Shown here: piece by piece, positions 10,291 through 19,852 of the stretch
How positions within the stretch are numbered: the first letter of the stretch is position 1
How the letters are laid out: each line of letters opens with the position of its first letter
DNA from: an uncultured Clostridia bacterium
Lineage (GTDB): Bacteria > Bacillota > Clostridia > Christensenellales > Borkfalkiaceae
DNA: 64,000 nucleotides
Direction of reading: 5' to 3'
NCBI GenBank assembly: GCA_947631005.1
Contig: CANRJR010000009.1
Coordinates: 1,308-65,307, forward strand
Notes under the pieces: model-generated
Told to the model about the DNA's origin: nothing
What the model saw: only the letters and a program-made list of their open reading frames with translations
Database searches by the model: none
Program-made: the position numbers and the translations under genes

Positions 10291-11289
10291 ATGGTTACAG
10301 AACAGGACATCAAACAATTCAGCGAACAATGCACGAACATCTTTAAGCAGATCTCGCGCGACGTGATAGGGCAGGAAAAGGTCGTCCTCGGCACGGTCAT
10401 CGCCATGATCGCGGGCGGCAACGTCTTGCTCGAAGGCGTCCCCGGCGTCGGAAAGACCCGTCTCGTGCGTTCCTTGGGCAGAGTGTTCGACCTGCCTTTC
10501 TCGCGTATCCAATTCACGCCCGACCTCATGCCCGCCGACGTTACGGGTACGAATATCATCGTGAAAGACGACCGCGGGAATTCGCGCTTCGACTTCCAGC
10601 CCGGTCCTATTTTCAGCAACATCATTCTCGCCGACGAAATCAACCGCGCTACGCCCAAAACACAGTCGGCTCTCCTCGAAGCCATGCAGGAGCACACCGT
10701 CACCGTGATGGGCGTTTCGCGGAAACTCGCCGAGCCGTTCTTCGTCCTCGCAACGCAGAACCCCATCGAACAGGACGGCACGTACCCTCTGCCCGAAGCG
10801 CAGATGGACCGCTTCATGATGAAGTTGCTCGTGCCCGATCCCTCGCTCGATGAACTTCTCCAAATCGTCAGTCTCACCCAAAAGACGATGGAGGAGGTCG
10901 CGGAAAAGGCTTGCACGGGCGATGAACTGCTGCGCATGCGCGCGACAGCCAACCAGATCCCCGTCGCCGAGGACGTGTTGAAGTACGCCATGGTCCTCAT
11001 CGCCTCCACCCGCCCCGACGGCGAGTGCGCCACCGAAGCGGCAAAGAAGTATATCCGCGTCGGCGCAAGCCCCCGTGCGGGACAGGCGATCATCTCCGCG
11101 GCAAAAGTCCTCGCGCTCATCAAGGGCAGATTCAACGTTGCCTACTACGATCTTCTCGAACTCGCGTTCCCCGTGCTTCGCCACCGCATCAAGCTCAACT
11201 TCGAAGCGGTCGCCGAGCGCGTGTCCGCCGACGACGTCATCGGCATGATCCTCGACGAGGTTGAGAAAAAGTACAAGAAAAAAGGTTGA
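10291..11289 (+). CDS. MoxR-family AAA+ ATPase (AAA_3)
   Basis: Walker A is LLEGVPGVGKT and Walker B is ILADEINRA. The FTPDLMPADVTGT and FVLATQNPIEQDGTYPLPEAQMDRF blocks are diagnostic of MoxR. Confidence 0.93.
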   Translation: MVTEQDIKQFSEQCTNIFKQISRDVIGQEKVVLGTVIAMIAGGNVLLEGVPGVGKTRLVRSLGRVFDLPFSRIQFTPDLMPADVTGTNIIVKDDRGNSRFDFQPGPIFSNIILADEINRATPKTQSALLEAMQEHTVTVMGVSRKLAEPFFVLATQNPIEQDGTYPLPEAQMDRFMMKLLVPDPSLDELLQIVSLTQKTMEEVAEKACTGDELLRMRATANQIPVAEDVLKYAMVLIASTRPDGECATEAAKKYIRVGASPRAGQAIISAAKVLALIKGRFNVAYYDLLELAFPVLRHRIKLNFEAVAERVSADDVIGMILDEVEKKYKKKG

Positions 11290-11298
11290 TCCCCATCC

Positions 11299-12198
11299 GT
11301 GAAGATCACAAATCTGAATGACGCGTTTTTCAGTCGTCTGGAAGCGATGTCATTGAACTTAAAAGCGAATCTTGCAGGCTATTTCGGCGGAAAACACCTC
11401 GTAAAGACCTACGGGCAGACGGTGGAGTTCGCCGATTTCCGCGAATACCAATTCGGCGACGATATCCGCCGCATCGATTGGAATTTGTTCAGCAGATTCG
11501 AAAAATATTTCTTGCGCCTGTTTACCGACGAGAGACAAATGCAGGTCCAGATCTTTTTGGATCTCTCGGGTTCGATGGGCAAGGACGACCCCCAAAAGGG
11601 AGCTTACGCCGTAAGTGCCGCCGCGGCACTCGGCTTTCTCGCCGTGCAAAACATGGATAAGCTCACCTTTCAGCTCATGCGGGGCAAGGTCGCCGAGAAT
11701 CCGTTCGGCACGATCGTCGGCAAAAACGCCTTTTTCCGCGCCATGTCTACCATCACCGAGCTGGACTTCGACGACGACATAGACCTCGAAGCGTGCATTA
11801 CGGGTTGTCCCACCACGGGCGACAACAACGGGATCACCGTAATCGTCTCCGATTTCTTCACCGAATCCAATTGGAAGAAAGCGGTCGATTATCTGTGCTT
11901 CAAAAAGCGGCAGGTCTTGTTGCTTCAAGTGCTCTCGCCCGAAGAGATCGACCCCTCGTACGACGGCCGTATGCACCTCCTCGATTCGGAGGCGAGCGGT
12001 CTTGACGATGAAAAAAACATGAAACTGCGCATCAATTCCGCAATGCAGAAGGCGTATGAGGAAGCCTTGCGGGATTATCTCGGGGAGATCCGCGATTACA
12101 CCGTCCGCCGCGGCGTCGACTTCATCAGCGTTTCCAGCGCGACGCCCATCGAACGGGTCTTGTTCGGCGAATTTCTCAAAACCGGAATCATGTCATGA
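11299..12198 (+). CDS. DUF58 domain protein (vWA-like MoxR partner)
   Basis: FREYQFGDDIRRIDWNLFSRFEKYFLRLFTDERQ is the DUF58 signature. GTG start 10 nt after the moxR stop. The stop overlaps the next start (ATGA). Confidence 0.88.
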   Translation: MKITNLNDAFFSRLEAMSLNLKANLAGYFGGKHLVKTYGQTVEFADFREYQFGDDIRRIDWNLFSRFEKYFLRLFTDERQMQVQIFLDLSGSMGKDDPQKGAYAVSAAAALGFLAVQNMDKLTFQLMRGKVAENPFGTIVGKNAFFRAMSTITELDFDDDIDLEACITGCPTTGDNNGITVIVSDFFTESNWKKAVDYLCFKKRQVLLLQVLSPEEIDPSYDGRMHLLDSEASGLDDEKNMKLRINSAMQKAYEEALRDYLGEIRDYTVRRGVDFISVSSATPIERVLFGEFLKTGIMS

Positions 12199-14138
12199 TG
12201 CAATTACTCATTCCCTTGGGCTTATTGGGATTGTTGGGCATTCTCGCGCTCATCATCATCTACATCATCAAGCCCAACTACCAAACAAAGCACATTCCCA
12301 CGACTTTCGTGTGGAAGTTGAGCCTCAAATACAAGAAAAAGCGGCTTCCCACCAGCAAAATCAGGAATGTTCTGCTCTTTATATCCCAGGTCCTCATTCT
12401 TGTCTCTATGGCGGGGATCTTGGCGAAGCCCGCCATCGTGCACAACAACAACACGGGCGAGCTCGACACCATCGCGATCATCGATTCCTCCGCAAGCATG
12501 TATGCGGAATGGGAGGGTGAGACGCGGTTTTCGCGCGCCGTTTCGGCTGCGGCGGAACTGTCCGACGAAACCATTCGCGCGGGCGGGTACGCGTCCGTCA
12601 TCGTCGCCGAATCCACGCCTTACTACCTCGGCAGACGGGTCGGTCAAAAAGACCGCCGTATCCTCGCCGACGACCTCGACGTCCTCGCCGAAGAGAGCGG
12701 CTGTTCGTACGGCGCGTCCGACCTCGACGCGGCGATCGCCCTTTCGGAGGAAGTCCTCGCGGAAAATCCCTCCGCTTCGATCTATCTTTACACCGACCGT
12801 CACTATACCTACCCGCCCGAAAAGGTGAACATCGTTTCGGTGGCGCACGACGGGGAGTGGAACGCGGCGATCCTTTCGGTCACGGCGGAACTCACCGAGG
12901 GCTACTATGTCGTCACCGCCGAGGTCGCAAGCTACGGGAAAGACGCCGAGATCGACCTCACGCTCGAAGTTGAGGGCGCGAACGCGTACGACGCCAACGA
13001 CGAGGGACAGAAAGTCGTCCTCGGCGAAACCGTCTATTGCAGCGGCGACGGCGTTCAAACCGTCATCTTCTCCACCGAAGTGGCGGCGGGCGACGAGTCG
13101 GTCACCTATCACCAGCTCTCCGACGACGAGAAGTTCTACTCTTTCCATTCTCTGCATCTGAACATCAAAACGGGCAGTTTCGACAGTTTCCCCGTCGACG
13201 ACGACTACTATCTCTACGGGGGACAGAAAGAGGTCGTGAAAGTGGTGTATGCGAGCACCACGCCCAACCCTTTCGTCACGAGTGCCCTCGACACCATGAA
13301 AAACCTCTTCTCCGAACGCTGGGATCTGCAAGTTTACGAAGTCCCGCGCGGACAGACCATTCCCGATCACGGGTACGATTTCTATATTTACGAGCATATC
13401 GCGCCCGAGCTCATTCCCATCGACGGCGCAGTCGTGCTCTTCCATCCGAACATCACGCCCGCGGGCTCGGGGATCTCGGTCGGCAGTGAATACGAACCGA
13501 TGTTTCCGCTCTATTTCCACGAGGAGAATCCGCACCCGCTTTCGCAGTATCTGATCCCCTCCAACCTCTATATCACGAGATACACGCAGGTCGATTTCGA
13601 ACCCGAATATCAAGTGGTATTGTCGGCGGGGTCTGTGCCCGTGCTTCTCGTAAAGAACGAGGAGGATTCGAAGATCGCCGTGCTGCCGTTCAGCGTGCAC
13701 TATTCCAATATCGCACTGCAACCCGAGTGGACGCTTCTCATCTACAATTTGTTCGACTACTTCCTGCCGTCCACCGTGGACAAATACGCCTACGAAGTGG
13801 GCGAGGACGTCGTACTCAACGCGCGCGGACCGCGCGTCACCTATTCCAAAACCGAGCCGCCCATCGAGGAATTTCCCGCGACGCTCACATTTTCCACGCC
13901 CGGGTCGTATTCCTTTGAACAGGAACTCTACTTCAATAAGGAATCGCCCATCGTCAACATCTTTGTGTCTATCCCGCGTGAGGAGAGCGACATTTGGGCA
14001 GAGGTCGATTCCCTCGAAGACCCTTACCGCGAAGAAGTGACGGGGATCTCGTTCGACGATCTTCTCATCTACTTCGCCGCCGCGTTGGTTGCGCTGCTCT
14101 TCCTCGAATGGTGGCTGCAATCGAGGGACGGGAGGTGA
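12195..14138 (+). CDS. BatA-like membrane protein with N-terminal double-TM aerotolerance-regulator domain and a vWA domain
   Basis: N-terminus LLIPLGLLGLLGILALIIIYIIKP...LPTSKIRNVLLFISQVLIL (BatA_N type). MIDAS-like IAIIDSSASM. C-terminal TM segment LLIYFAAALVALLFLEWW. Confidence 0.8.
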   Translation: MMQLLIPLGLLGLLGILALIIIYIIKPNYQTKHIPTTFVWKLSLKYKKKRLPTSKIRNVLLFISQVLILVSMAGILAKPAIVHNNNTGELDTIAIIDSSASMYAEWEGETRFSRAVSAAAELSDETIRAGGYASVIVAESTPYYLGRRVGQKDRRILADDLDVLAEESGCSYGASDLDAAIALSEEVLAENPSASIYLYTDRHYTYPPEKVNIVSVAHDGEWNAAILSVTAELTEGYYVVTAEVASYGKDAEIDLTLEVEGANAYDANDEGQKVVLGETVYCSGDGVQTVIFSTEVAAGDESVTYHQLSDDEKFYSFHSLHLNIKTGSFDSFPVDDDYYLYGGQKEVVKVVYASTTPNPFVTSALDTMKNLFSERWDLQVYEVPRGQTIPDHGYDFYIYEHIAPELIPIDGAVVLFHPNITPAGSGISVGSEYEPMFPLYFHEENPHPLSQYLIPSNLYITRYTQVDFEPEYQVVLSAGSVPVLLVKNEEDSKIAVLPFSVHYSNIALQPEWTLLIYNLFDYFLPSTVDKYAYEVGEDVVLNARGPRVTYSKTEPPIEEFPATLTFSTPGSYSFEQELYFNKESPIVNIFVSIPREESDIWAEVDSLEDPYREEVTGISFDDLLIYFAAALVALLFLEWWLQSRDGR

Positions 14139-14141
14139 GAT

Positions 14142-16937
14142 ATGCATAACTTTACTCTCCATTTCACCTATCCGTGGTTGCTTCTTCTGCTCATTCCCGC
14201 CGCCGCGCTCACCGTATTTTTGTACCTGCGCCAGAACAAGCGGTACAGGAGAAACCGCAACCGCATCACATCCATCGTCTTGCACTCCGTCGTGATGTTG
14301 CTCTGCATCCTCACGCTCTCGGGGCTCACGTTCCGCTATTCGGTGAGCAACAAACAGAACGAACTCGTACTGCTCGTCGACGTATCGGATACCTTGGAGG
14401 AGGAAACCGACCGCAGAGACGACTTCGTGCAGTCCGTGTTGCAAGAGGGGGAATACGAGGGCTTCCGCATGGCGGTCGTCACGTTCGGGTTCGACCAACG
14501 CCTCGCCTCGCCCTTTACCTACAATTCGGCAAGAGCGTTCGACGATTATTTGACCGCCGAACTTCCCGATACGAGCGCAACGGATATCGCCGCCGCGCTC
14601 ACTTACGCGCGCTCGATTATGGAACACCCCGAAACGGGGAAAATCGTGCTCATCTCGGACGGCAGACAGACGGACGAGCAAGCGACGTCGGTCATCCGCG
14701 CGGTCGCCTCGCAGGGCGTTACCGTCGACACCGTGCACATCGCGGGCGGATACAACGAAGAGCTCATACAGGTGCGGGATGTCGTGATGCCCGAGTACAA
14801 CGTCCGTATCGGCGAATCGTGCACGATCGAGGTCATTCTCGAAAGCACGCAGGCGGTTTCCGACGTTTCCATAGAACTGTTCGACAACGGGACGGTCGAC
14901 GAAACGGGGAGTATGGTCACCAACGTCGCCAACGGACAGCAGACGTTCCGCTTCGAGCACGTGTTCCACGAGGACGGCTTGCATGAGTTGCACGTCCGTC
15001 TCAACGTGCAGGACGCACGCGAAGAAAACAACGAATTTTACGCCTACCGCTGGTTGCAGACGTTCAATCAGGTCCTCATCCTCGAACAGGCGGACCAGTC
15101 GGAGGAGCTCGTAAAGATGTTGGAGACCGACGAGATCGGCTACGAGATCGACGTCATCAATCTCAACGACGACGCAAACGCCGTTCCCGCGTCCGTCGAC
15201 GCGTTGCGGAAGTACGATCAGGTCATCCTCAACAATATTTCGAGCCGCGACCTCGAAAAGTACGGGCTGGACGCCCTGCTCTACGACTACGTTTATACCT
15301 ATGGCGGCGGCTTGTTCACCACGGGCGGCACGGAGGCGGACGGCGAGACCGCCCACGCCTACAACCGTCAGGACATGAACAACACCCTCTACCAGCAAAT
15401 GCTGCCCGTGCAGGCGGTCGACTATGTCCCGCCCGTAGGGGTGTTCATCGTCATCGATACTTCGGGTTCGATGACGTCGTCCTCGGGGGGAATGACCAAC
15501 CTCGAATGGGCGAAGCAAGGCGCGCTCGCCTGCCTCGACGCGCTCACCGAGCGCGACTACATCGGCGTCATGACCATGGCGAGCGACTACGGCATGTGGC
15601 TCGACCTCACCCAACGCACGCAGGACGCGTATATCCGTCAGCGGATTTTGGATCTCGACGGGACGGGCGGGACGGTGTTCTCCACGGCGATCGACCGCGC
15701 CGCGCAACGGCTTGCGAACCTTGACACCGTCGATAAGCGGCACATCGTTCTCGTCACCGACGGTATGCCTTCGGCGGACGATATCGAAAAGTACGAATCG
15801 AATGCGCAGAACGCGTACGATCGGTTCGGGATCACCATCTCCGTCGTCGGGGTCGGCATCGGAACGAGCGGATCGAGCTACGAAAACATGCGTCGGCTCG
15901 TCGGGATCGGACACGGCAGACTGCACGTCGTCGCAGAGGGCGGACAGCAGCTCATGCAGGAGATGCGCGAGGACCTCAACGCGCCCGAGATCAAAGACGT
16001 AAACTATACCGATTTCAAACCGCGGGTACTCGATTCGCTCTCGCCGCTTCTTCACGGCGTGGTGTTCAACACCGCGGAGGAACAGAACGTTGTGCAGGCG
16101 ACGCTCGGCGGATTCTTCGGAGTCAAACGCCGTCAGCTCGCCGAGACCGTTCTCGTCGGCGACTACGAAGTGCCCATCTACGCCCAGTGGAAGTTCGGGC
16201 AGGGCATGGTCGGCAGTTTCATGTGCGACGTTTATAGCGATTGGTCGTCCGATTTCATCTCCAACGACAACGGCAGACAGTTCTTGCTGAACGCCGTCGC
16301 CAACCTCATGCCGATGAACAACATCCGTCCGAGTTCGATGCACGTCGACCTCAACGAGGACAACTACATCAACCGCATGAGCATTTACACCACGCTCGAG
16401 GACGGGCAAACCATCGACGCCGCCGTCTATGCGCAGGGTGACGATCAAGGCGTTTCGCTCAACAGAGTTTCCGGAACGCAGTCGGGAGACCTCTATGTGG
16501 TGCAGGCACTCGGGAGCGGCAACAGTTATTCCCGCGCGCAGTTCGTGTTGAAGAAGGGCGGCGTGTATAACATCGTCATCAACAAGCGGGCGGCGGACGG
16601 CAGTATCATCGACACGCTCACGATTTCCAAGTCGTTCGCCTATTCGGAGGAATACGACCTCGCCATGGAGGAGGATACGACAGGAACGTTCATGGCGGAG
16701 CTCGCCGAAAAGGGCGGCGGCAAGGTCGTTGCGGAGGACGAACCGTGGGAGGTGTTCTCCACCTTTATCACGGAGATCGGCCGCGAATTCGATCCCCGCA
16801 TTCTGTTCATGATCCTCGCCATGATCCTGTTCTTGCTCGACATTGCGGTGCGCAAGTTCAAATTCAAGTGGCCGCATGAGATCATCCGCGATTATAAACA
16901 GAAGAAAGCACAAAAGAAAGAGGAGGAAGAAGCATGA
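14142..16937 (+). CDS. Large membrane protein with BatA-like N-terminus, two vWA domains and a C-terminal TM anchor
   Basis: YPWLLLLLIPAAAL...ITSIVLHSVVMLLCILTL at the N-terminus. MIDAS motifs LVLLVDVSDT and VFIVIDTSGSM. C-terminal ILFMILAMILFLLDIAVRKFKFKW. RBS gggagg upstream. Confidence 0.8.
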   Translation: MHNFTLHFTYPWLLLLLIPAAALTVFLYLRQNKRYRRNRNRITSIVLHSVVMLLCILTLSGLTFRYSVSNKQNELVLLVDVSDTLEEETDRRDDFVQSVLQEGEYEGFRMAVVTFGFDQRLASPFTYNSARAFDDYLTAELPDTSATDIAAALTYARSIMEHPETGKIVLISDGRQTDEQATSVIRAVASQGVTVDTVHIAGGYNEELIQVRDVVMPEYNVRIGESCTIEVILESTQAVSDVSIELFDNGTVDETGSMVTNVANGQQTFRFEHVFHEDGLHELHVRLNVQDAREENNEFYAYRWLQTFNQVLILEQADQSEELVKMLETDEIGYEIDVINLNDDANAVPASVDALRKYDQVILNNISSRDLEKYGLDALLYDYVYTYGGGLFTTGGTEADGETAHAYNRQDMNNTLYQQMLPVQAVDYVPPVGVFIVIDTSGSMTSSSGGMTNLEWAKQGALACLDALTERDYIGVMTMASDYGMWLDLTQRTQDAYIRQRILDLDGTGGTVFSTAIDRAAQRLANLDTVDKRHIVLVTDGMPSADDIEKYESNAQNAYDRFGITISVVGVGIGTSGSSYENMRRLVGIGHGRLHVVAEGGQQLMQEMREDLNAPEIKDVNYTDFKPRVLDSLSPLLHGVVFNTAEEQNVVQATLGGFFGVKRRQLAETVLVGDYEVPIYAQWKFGQGMVGSFMCDVYSDWSSDFISNDNGRQFLLNAVANLMPMNNIRPSSMHVDLNEDNYINRMSIYTTLEDGQTIDAAVYAQGDDQGVSLNRVSGTQSGDLYVVQALGSGNSYSRAQFVLKKGGVYNIVINKRAADGSIIDTLTISKSFAYSEEYDLAMEEDTTGTFMAELAEKGGGKVVAEDEPWEVFSTFITEIGREFDPRILFMILAMILFLLDIAVRKFKFKWPHEIIRDYKQKKAQKKEEEEA

Positions 16938-19801
16938 AGTTTCCCAAGAAAATTCTTTGCCTGTTCCTTTCGCTTTGTCTCTTGATCCCGCTCGCCGCGT
17001 GCGGCAGTCAGCTCGAAACGCCGACGGGATTCAACATCGACCTCGAAAATAACCTCACATGGGAATCCGTGTCGGGTGCGCGCAGCTATCGCATCGAGAT
17101 CAAGGCGGTCGGGGGAGATGATCCCACGGAAGATACGACCCGTCACACCGAGTATTCGCTCGACGATTTGGAAGAGGGGGATTACGAGATCCGTCTCCGC
17201 TCGGTCGGCGGCAAGAAAAACGATATCCTTTCCGCGTGGTCGGACGTCATCGACTTCCACCGCGACCACGATTCGGGGCTGCGGTTCAAGCTCATCAACA
17301 ACGGCTCGGAGTACGAAGTTTCGCGCGTCGGGTCGGCGGAGGGCATTGTGACCATCGACGACGAATACCGCGGCAAGCCCGTCACGGCGATCGGCGAAAC
17401 CGCTTTCCGCGAATCCAAAAAGCTCGAGGGGATCGTCATAGGGAAGAACATCCGCTCGATCGGGCAGGCGGCGTTCCACAACTGCATTGCGTTGAAGTCG
17501 GTCGTCATTCCCGATACGGTCACCTCCATCGGTATCTCGGCGTTCCAAGGTTGTGCCGCGCTCGAATCGGTCACCCTGCCGTCGGAACTCGAAGCGATCC
17601 CCGAACGCGCCTTTGCGTATTGCAGCGCGCTCACCGAGATCGACTTGCCCGCCACGCTCAAAAGCATCGGGGTGTCCGCATTCTCGAACTGCACGAACAT
17701 CACCGGGCTCACCATTCCCGATTCCGTCACCTCGATCGGCGCATACGCGTTTTCCGCGAACAACGCCTTGGAGGAAGCGACGATCGGGAGCGGCGTTACC
17801 TATATCGGCGAATACGCCTTTGCCAACAACAAAGCGTTGACGAAAGTCAACCTGCCCGCGGAAGTTCCCACGCTCACGCTCGATCAATGCGCGTTCGGCG
17901 GGTGCACCGCGCTCACCGATATCGTTCTGCCCCGCGGGACGGCGTCGATCGGCGCAGGCAGCTTTTTGCTCGACGAATCGCTCGACGAAATGGAGATTCC
18001 CGAATCGGTGACAGAGATCGGCATTGTCGCCTTCGACGGAACGGGCATTTTGAATGCGCAAGAGACGTCGAGTATGCGCTATGTCGACGATTGGATGGTC
18101 GCCGTCTCCCAAGACTTTTTCGAAACGGCTGAAAAAGTCGCCGAAACGGATTGGAAAGAGGGGGTCGTCGGGATCGGCGCGCAGGCGTTTGCGGGACGCG
18201 TCGGCGACGAGCCCATGTCGGGCAGTCTCAAACTCGAAGAGGTGAATTTCCCGCGGTCGTTGAAATACATCGGCGATCATGCGTTTACCTCGTCGCACAT
18301 GCTCAAACGCGTGTTTGCGCGGGGGGGCGGCTTGCAGACGATCGGCTCGTATGCGTTTGCGGATTGCGAGGTGCTCACCAACGTGCAGTTTTCGAACGGT
18401 TTGCAGACGATCGGCTCGTACGCTTTCTATAACGATGAAATATTAGACAACAATCGCAACAATCCGCACTTGCTCGTCCCCGAAACGGTGACCAAGATCG
18501 GCACATACGCCTTCCGCGGCACCCGCCTTTGGACGTCGGCGGCAAACGATACCGAGACGCCCGGCGTTGCGTATGCGGGGAATTGGGTCGTCGGGCTCAC
18601 GAGCAACGTCTCCGTACTCGAACTCAAACAGGGGACGGAGGGCATCAGCGACTACGGTTTCTATTATCATGACGGATTGCATATCAACGGCGGGACGATC
18701 TATGAGGATTCGAAGTTGTCGAACGTGATCGGGTTGCAGAGTGTGAGGAATATCGGCGTGGGCGCGTTTTATAATTGCGTCGCTTTGGGGGCGGTGTCGT
18801 TGCATCAGAGCATCACCGAGATCAAGCCGTACACGTTCTATAATTGCGCAACTCTGTTCCATATCAATCTTCCGACCCGTCTCGAAAGCATCGGCGATCT
18901 CGCTTTCTATGCCTGTACTTACCTGCAAGCGGTCGACTGTTCGGCGACGCGGGTCGAAACGATCGGCGCGCGCGCCTTCTACGGATGCGCCGAACTCCAA
19001 ACGCTCGACCTCGGAACGCGGCTGAAAGAGATCGGCTTCCGCGCCTTCTTCGGGTGCACCGCGCTCTCCTCGCTCGTCATTCCCGACAGCGTTACGGCGA
19101 TCGGTGCGGATTCGTTCGCACGCACGGGGTTGCAATCGCTTCATTTGGGCAGCGGCGTCGTCACGATCGGCGACAACGCCTTCCGCGAGAGCAAACTTTC
19201 GGAGATCGTCATTCCCGACAACGTGAAAGCGATCGGCGACTGCGCTTTCTACGGGCTCGGCGCGATCACGGCGACCGTCCGACTCGGCAACGGCGTGGAG
19301 ACGATCGGCGACTATGCGTTCTGCGCTTCGGGCGTAACGGGGAACATCGTCATTCCCGCGAGCGTCCGCTCGGTCGGACGGTACGCGTTCGCCGCCAACA
19401 ACTTCCTCTCGTCCGTCGTGTTCGTCGGAAGCCCCGTCGTCGAGCAGCACGCATTCTATTCCTGTCCGTTGCTCACCATATATGTGAAAGCGGGCATGGG
19501 ACAGAACTTCGAGGGCGGCTGGAATTCGTCTTTCCGTCCCGTCGTGTACGGGTGCGAAGTGGACGAAAACGGCAGGATCGTTTCGGTCGCCGCGGGCAAC
19601 GTGGAATACGGAACGGCACTCGGCGGCATCGTCGGTCCTTATGTAGACGGCTTCGACTGCTTGGGTTGGGCGGAGAGCGTCGGCGGCGAGGTGGTTTGCC
19701 CGCCCGACGGCATCGCCGATCTTCCCGACGGAAAGACGGTGTATCCCGTCTATACCGAGCATGTCGAACCCGAATTGGAGCCCGATCCCGAACTGTCGTA
19801 A
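16934..19801 (+). CDS. BspA-type LRR lipoprotein with N-terminal FN3-like module and C-terminal InlB-B-repeat-like segment
   Basis: Lipobox LIPLAAC|G. LTWESVSGARSYRIEIK (FN3-like). More than 25 units of IP.SVT.IG..AF..C..L. The start overlaps the upstream stop (ATGA at 16934-16937). Confidence 0.85.
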   Translation: MKFPKKILCLFLSLCLLIPLAACGSQLETPTGFNIDLENNLTWESVSGARSYRIEIKAVGGDDPTEDTTRHTEYSLDDLEEGDYEIRLRSVGGKKNDILSAWSDVIDFHRDHDSGLRFKLINNGSEYEVSRVGSAEGIVTIDDEYRGKPVTAIGETAFRESKKLEGIVIGKNIRSIGQAAFHNCIALKSVVIPDTVTSIGISAFQGCAALESVTLPSELEAIPERAFAYCSALTEIDLPATLKSIGVSAFSNCTNITGLTIPDSVTSIGAYAFSANNALEEATIGSGVTYIGEYAFANNKALTKVNLPAEVPTLTLDQCAFGGCTALTDIVLPRGTASIGAGSFLLDESLDEMEIPESVTEIGIVAFDGTGILNAQETSSMRYVDDWMVAVSQDFFETAEKVAETDWKEGVVGIGAQAFAGRVGDEPMSGSLKLEEVNFPRSLKYIGDHAFTSSHMLKRVFARGGGLQTIGSYAFADCEVLTNVQFSNGLQTIGSYAFYNDEILDNNRNNPHLLVPETVTKIGTYAFRGTRLWTSAANDTETPGVAYAGNWVVGLTSNVSVLELKQGTEGISDYGFYYHDGLHINGGTIYEDSKLSNVIGLQSVRNIGVGAFYNCVALGAVSLHQSITEIKPYTFYNCATLFHINLPTRLESIGDLAFYACTYLQAVDCSATRVETIGARAFYGCAELQTLDLGTRLKEIGFRAFFGCTALSSLVIPDSVTAIGADSFARTGLQSLHLGSGVVTIGDNAFRESKLSEIVIPDNVKAIGDCAFYGLGAITATVRLGNGVETIGDYAFCASGVTGNIVIPASVRSVGRYAFAANNFLSSVVFVGSPVVEQHAFYSCPLLTIYVKAGMGQNFEGGWNSSFRPVVYGCEVDENGRIVSVAAGNVEYGTALGGIVGPYVDGFDCLGWAESVGGEVVCPPDGIADLPDGKTVYPVYTEHVEPELEPDPELS

Positions 19802-19852
19802 CCGTTCGGGAAAGTTATATCAACGAAATCACTGTTTGACAGGAGATAAACC

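Noticed and set aside
12222-16913. 1,563-aa ORF on the minus strand spanning the vWA genes
   Set aside because: It is antisense to two plus-strand genes with clear BatA_N, vWA/MIDAS and TM features. Its composition is dominated by R/G/V/D/E/H, typical of the complement of a GC-rich coding frame. There is no RBS and no recognisable domain. This is a GC-driven shadow ORF.
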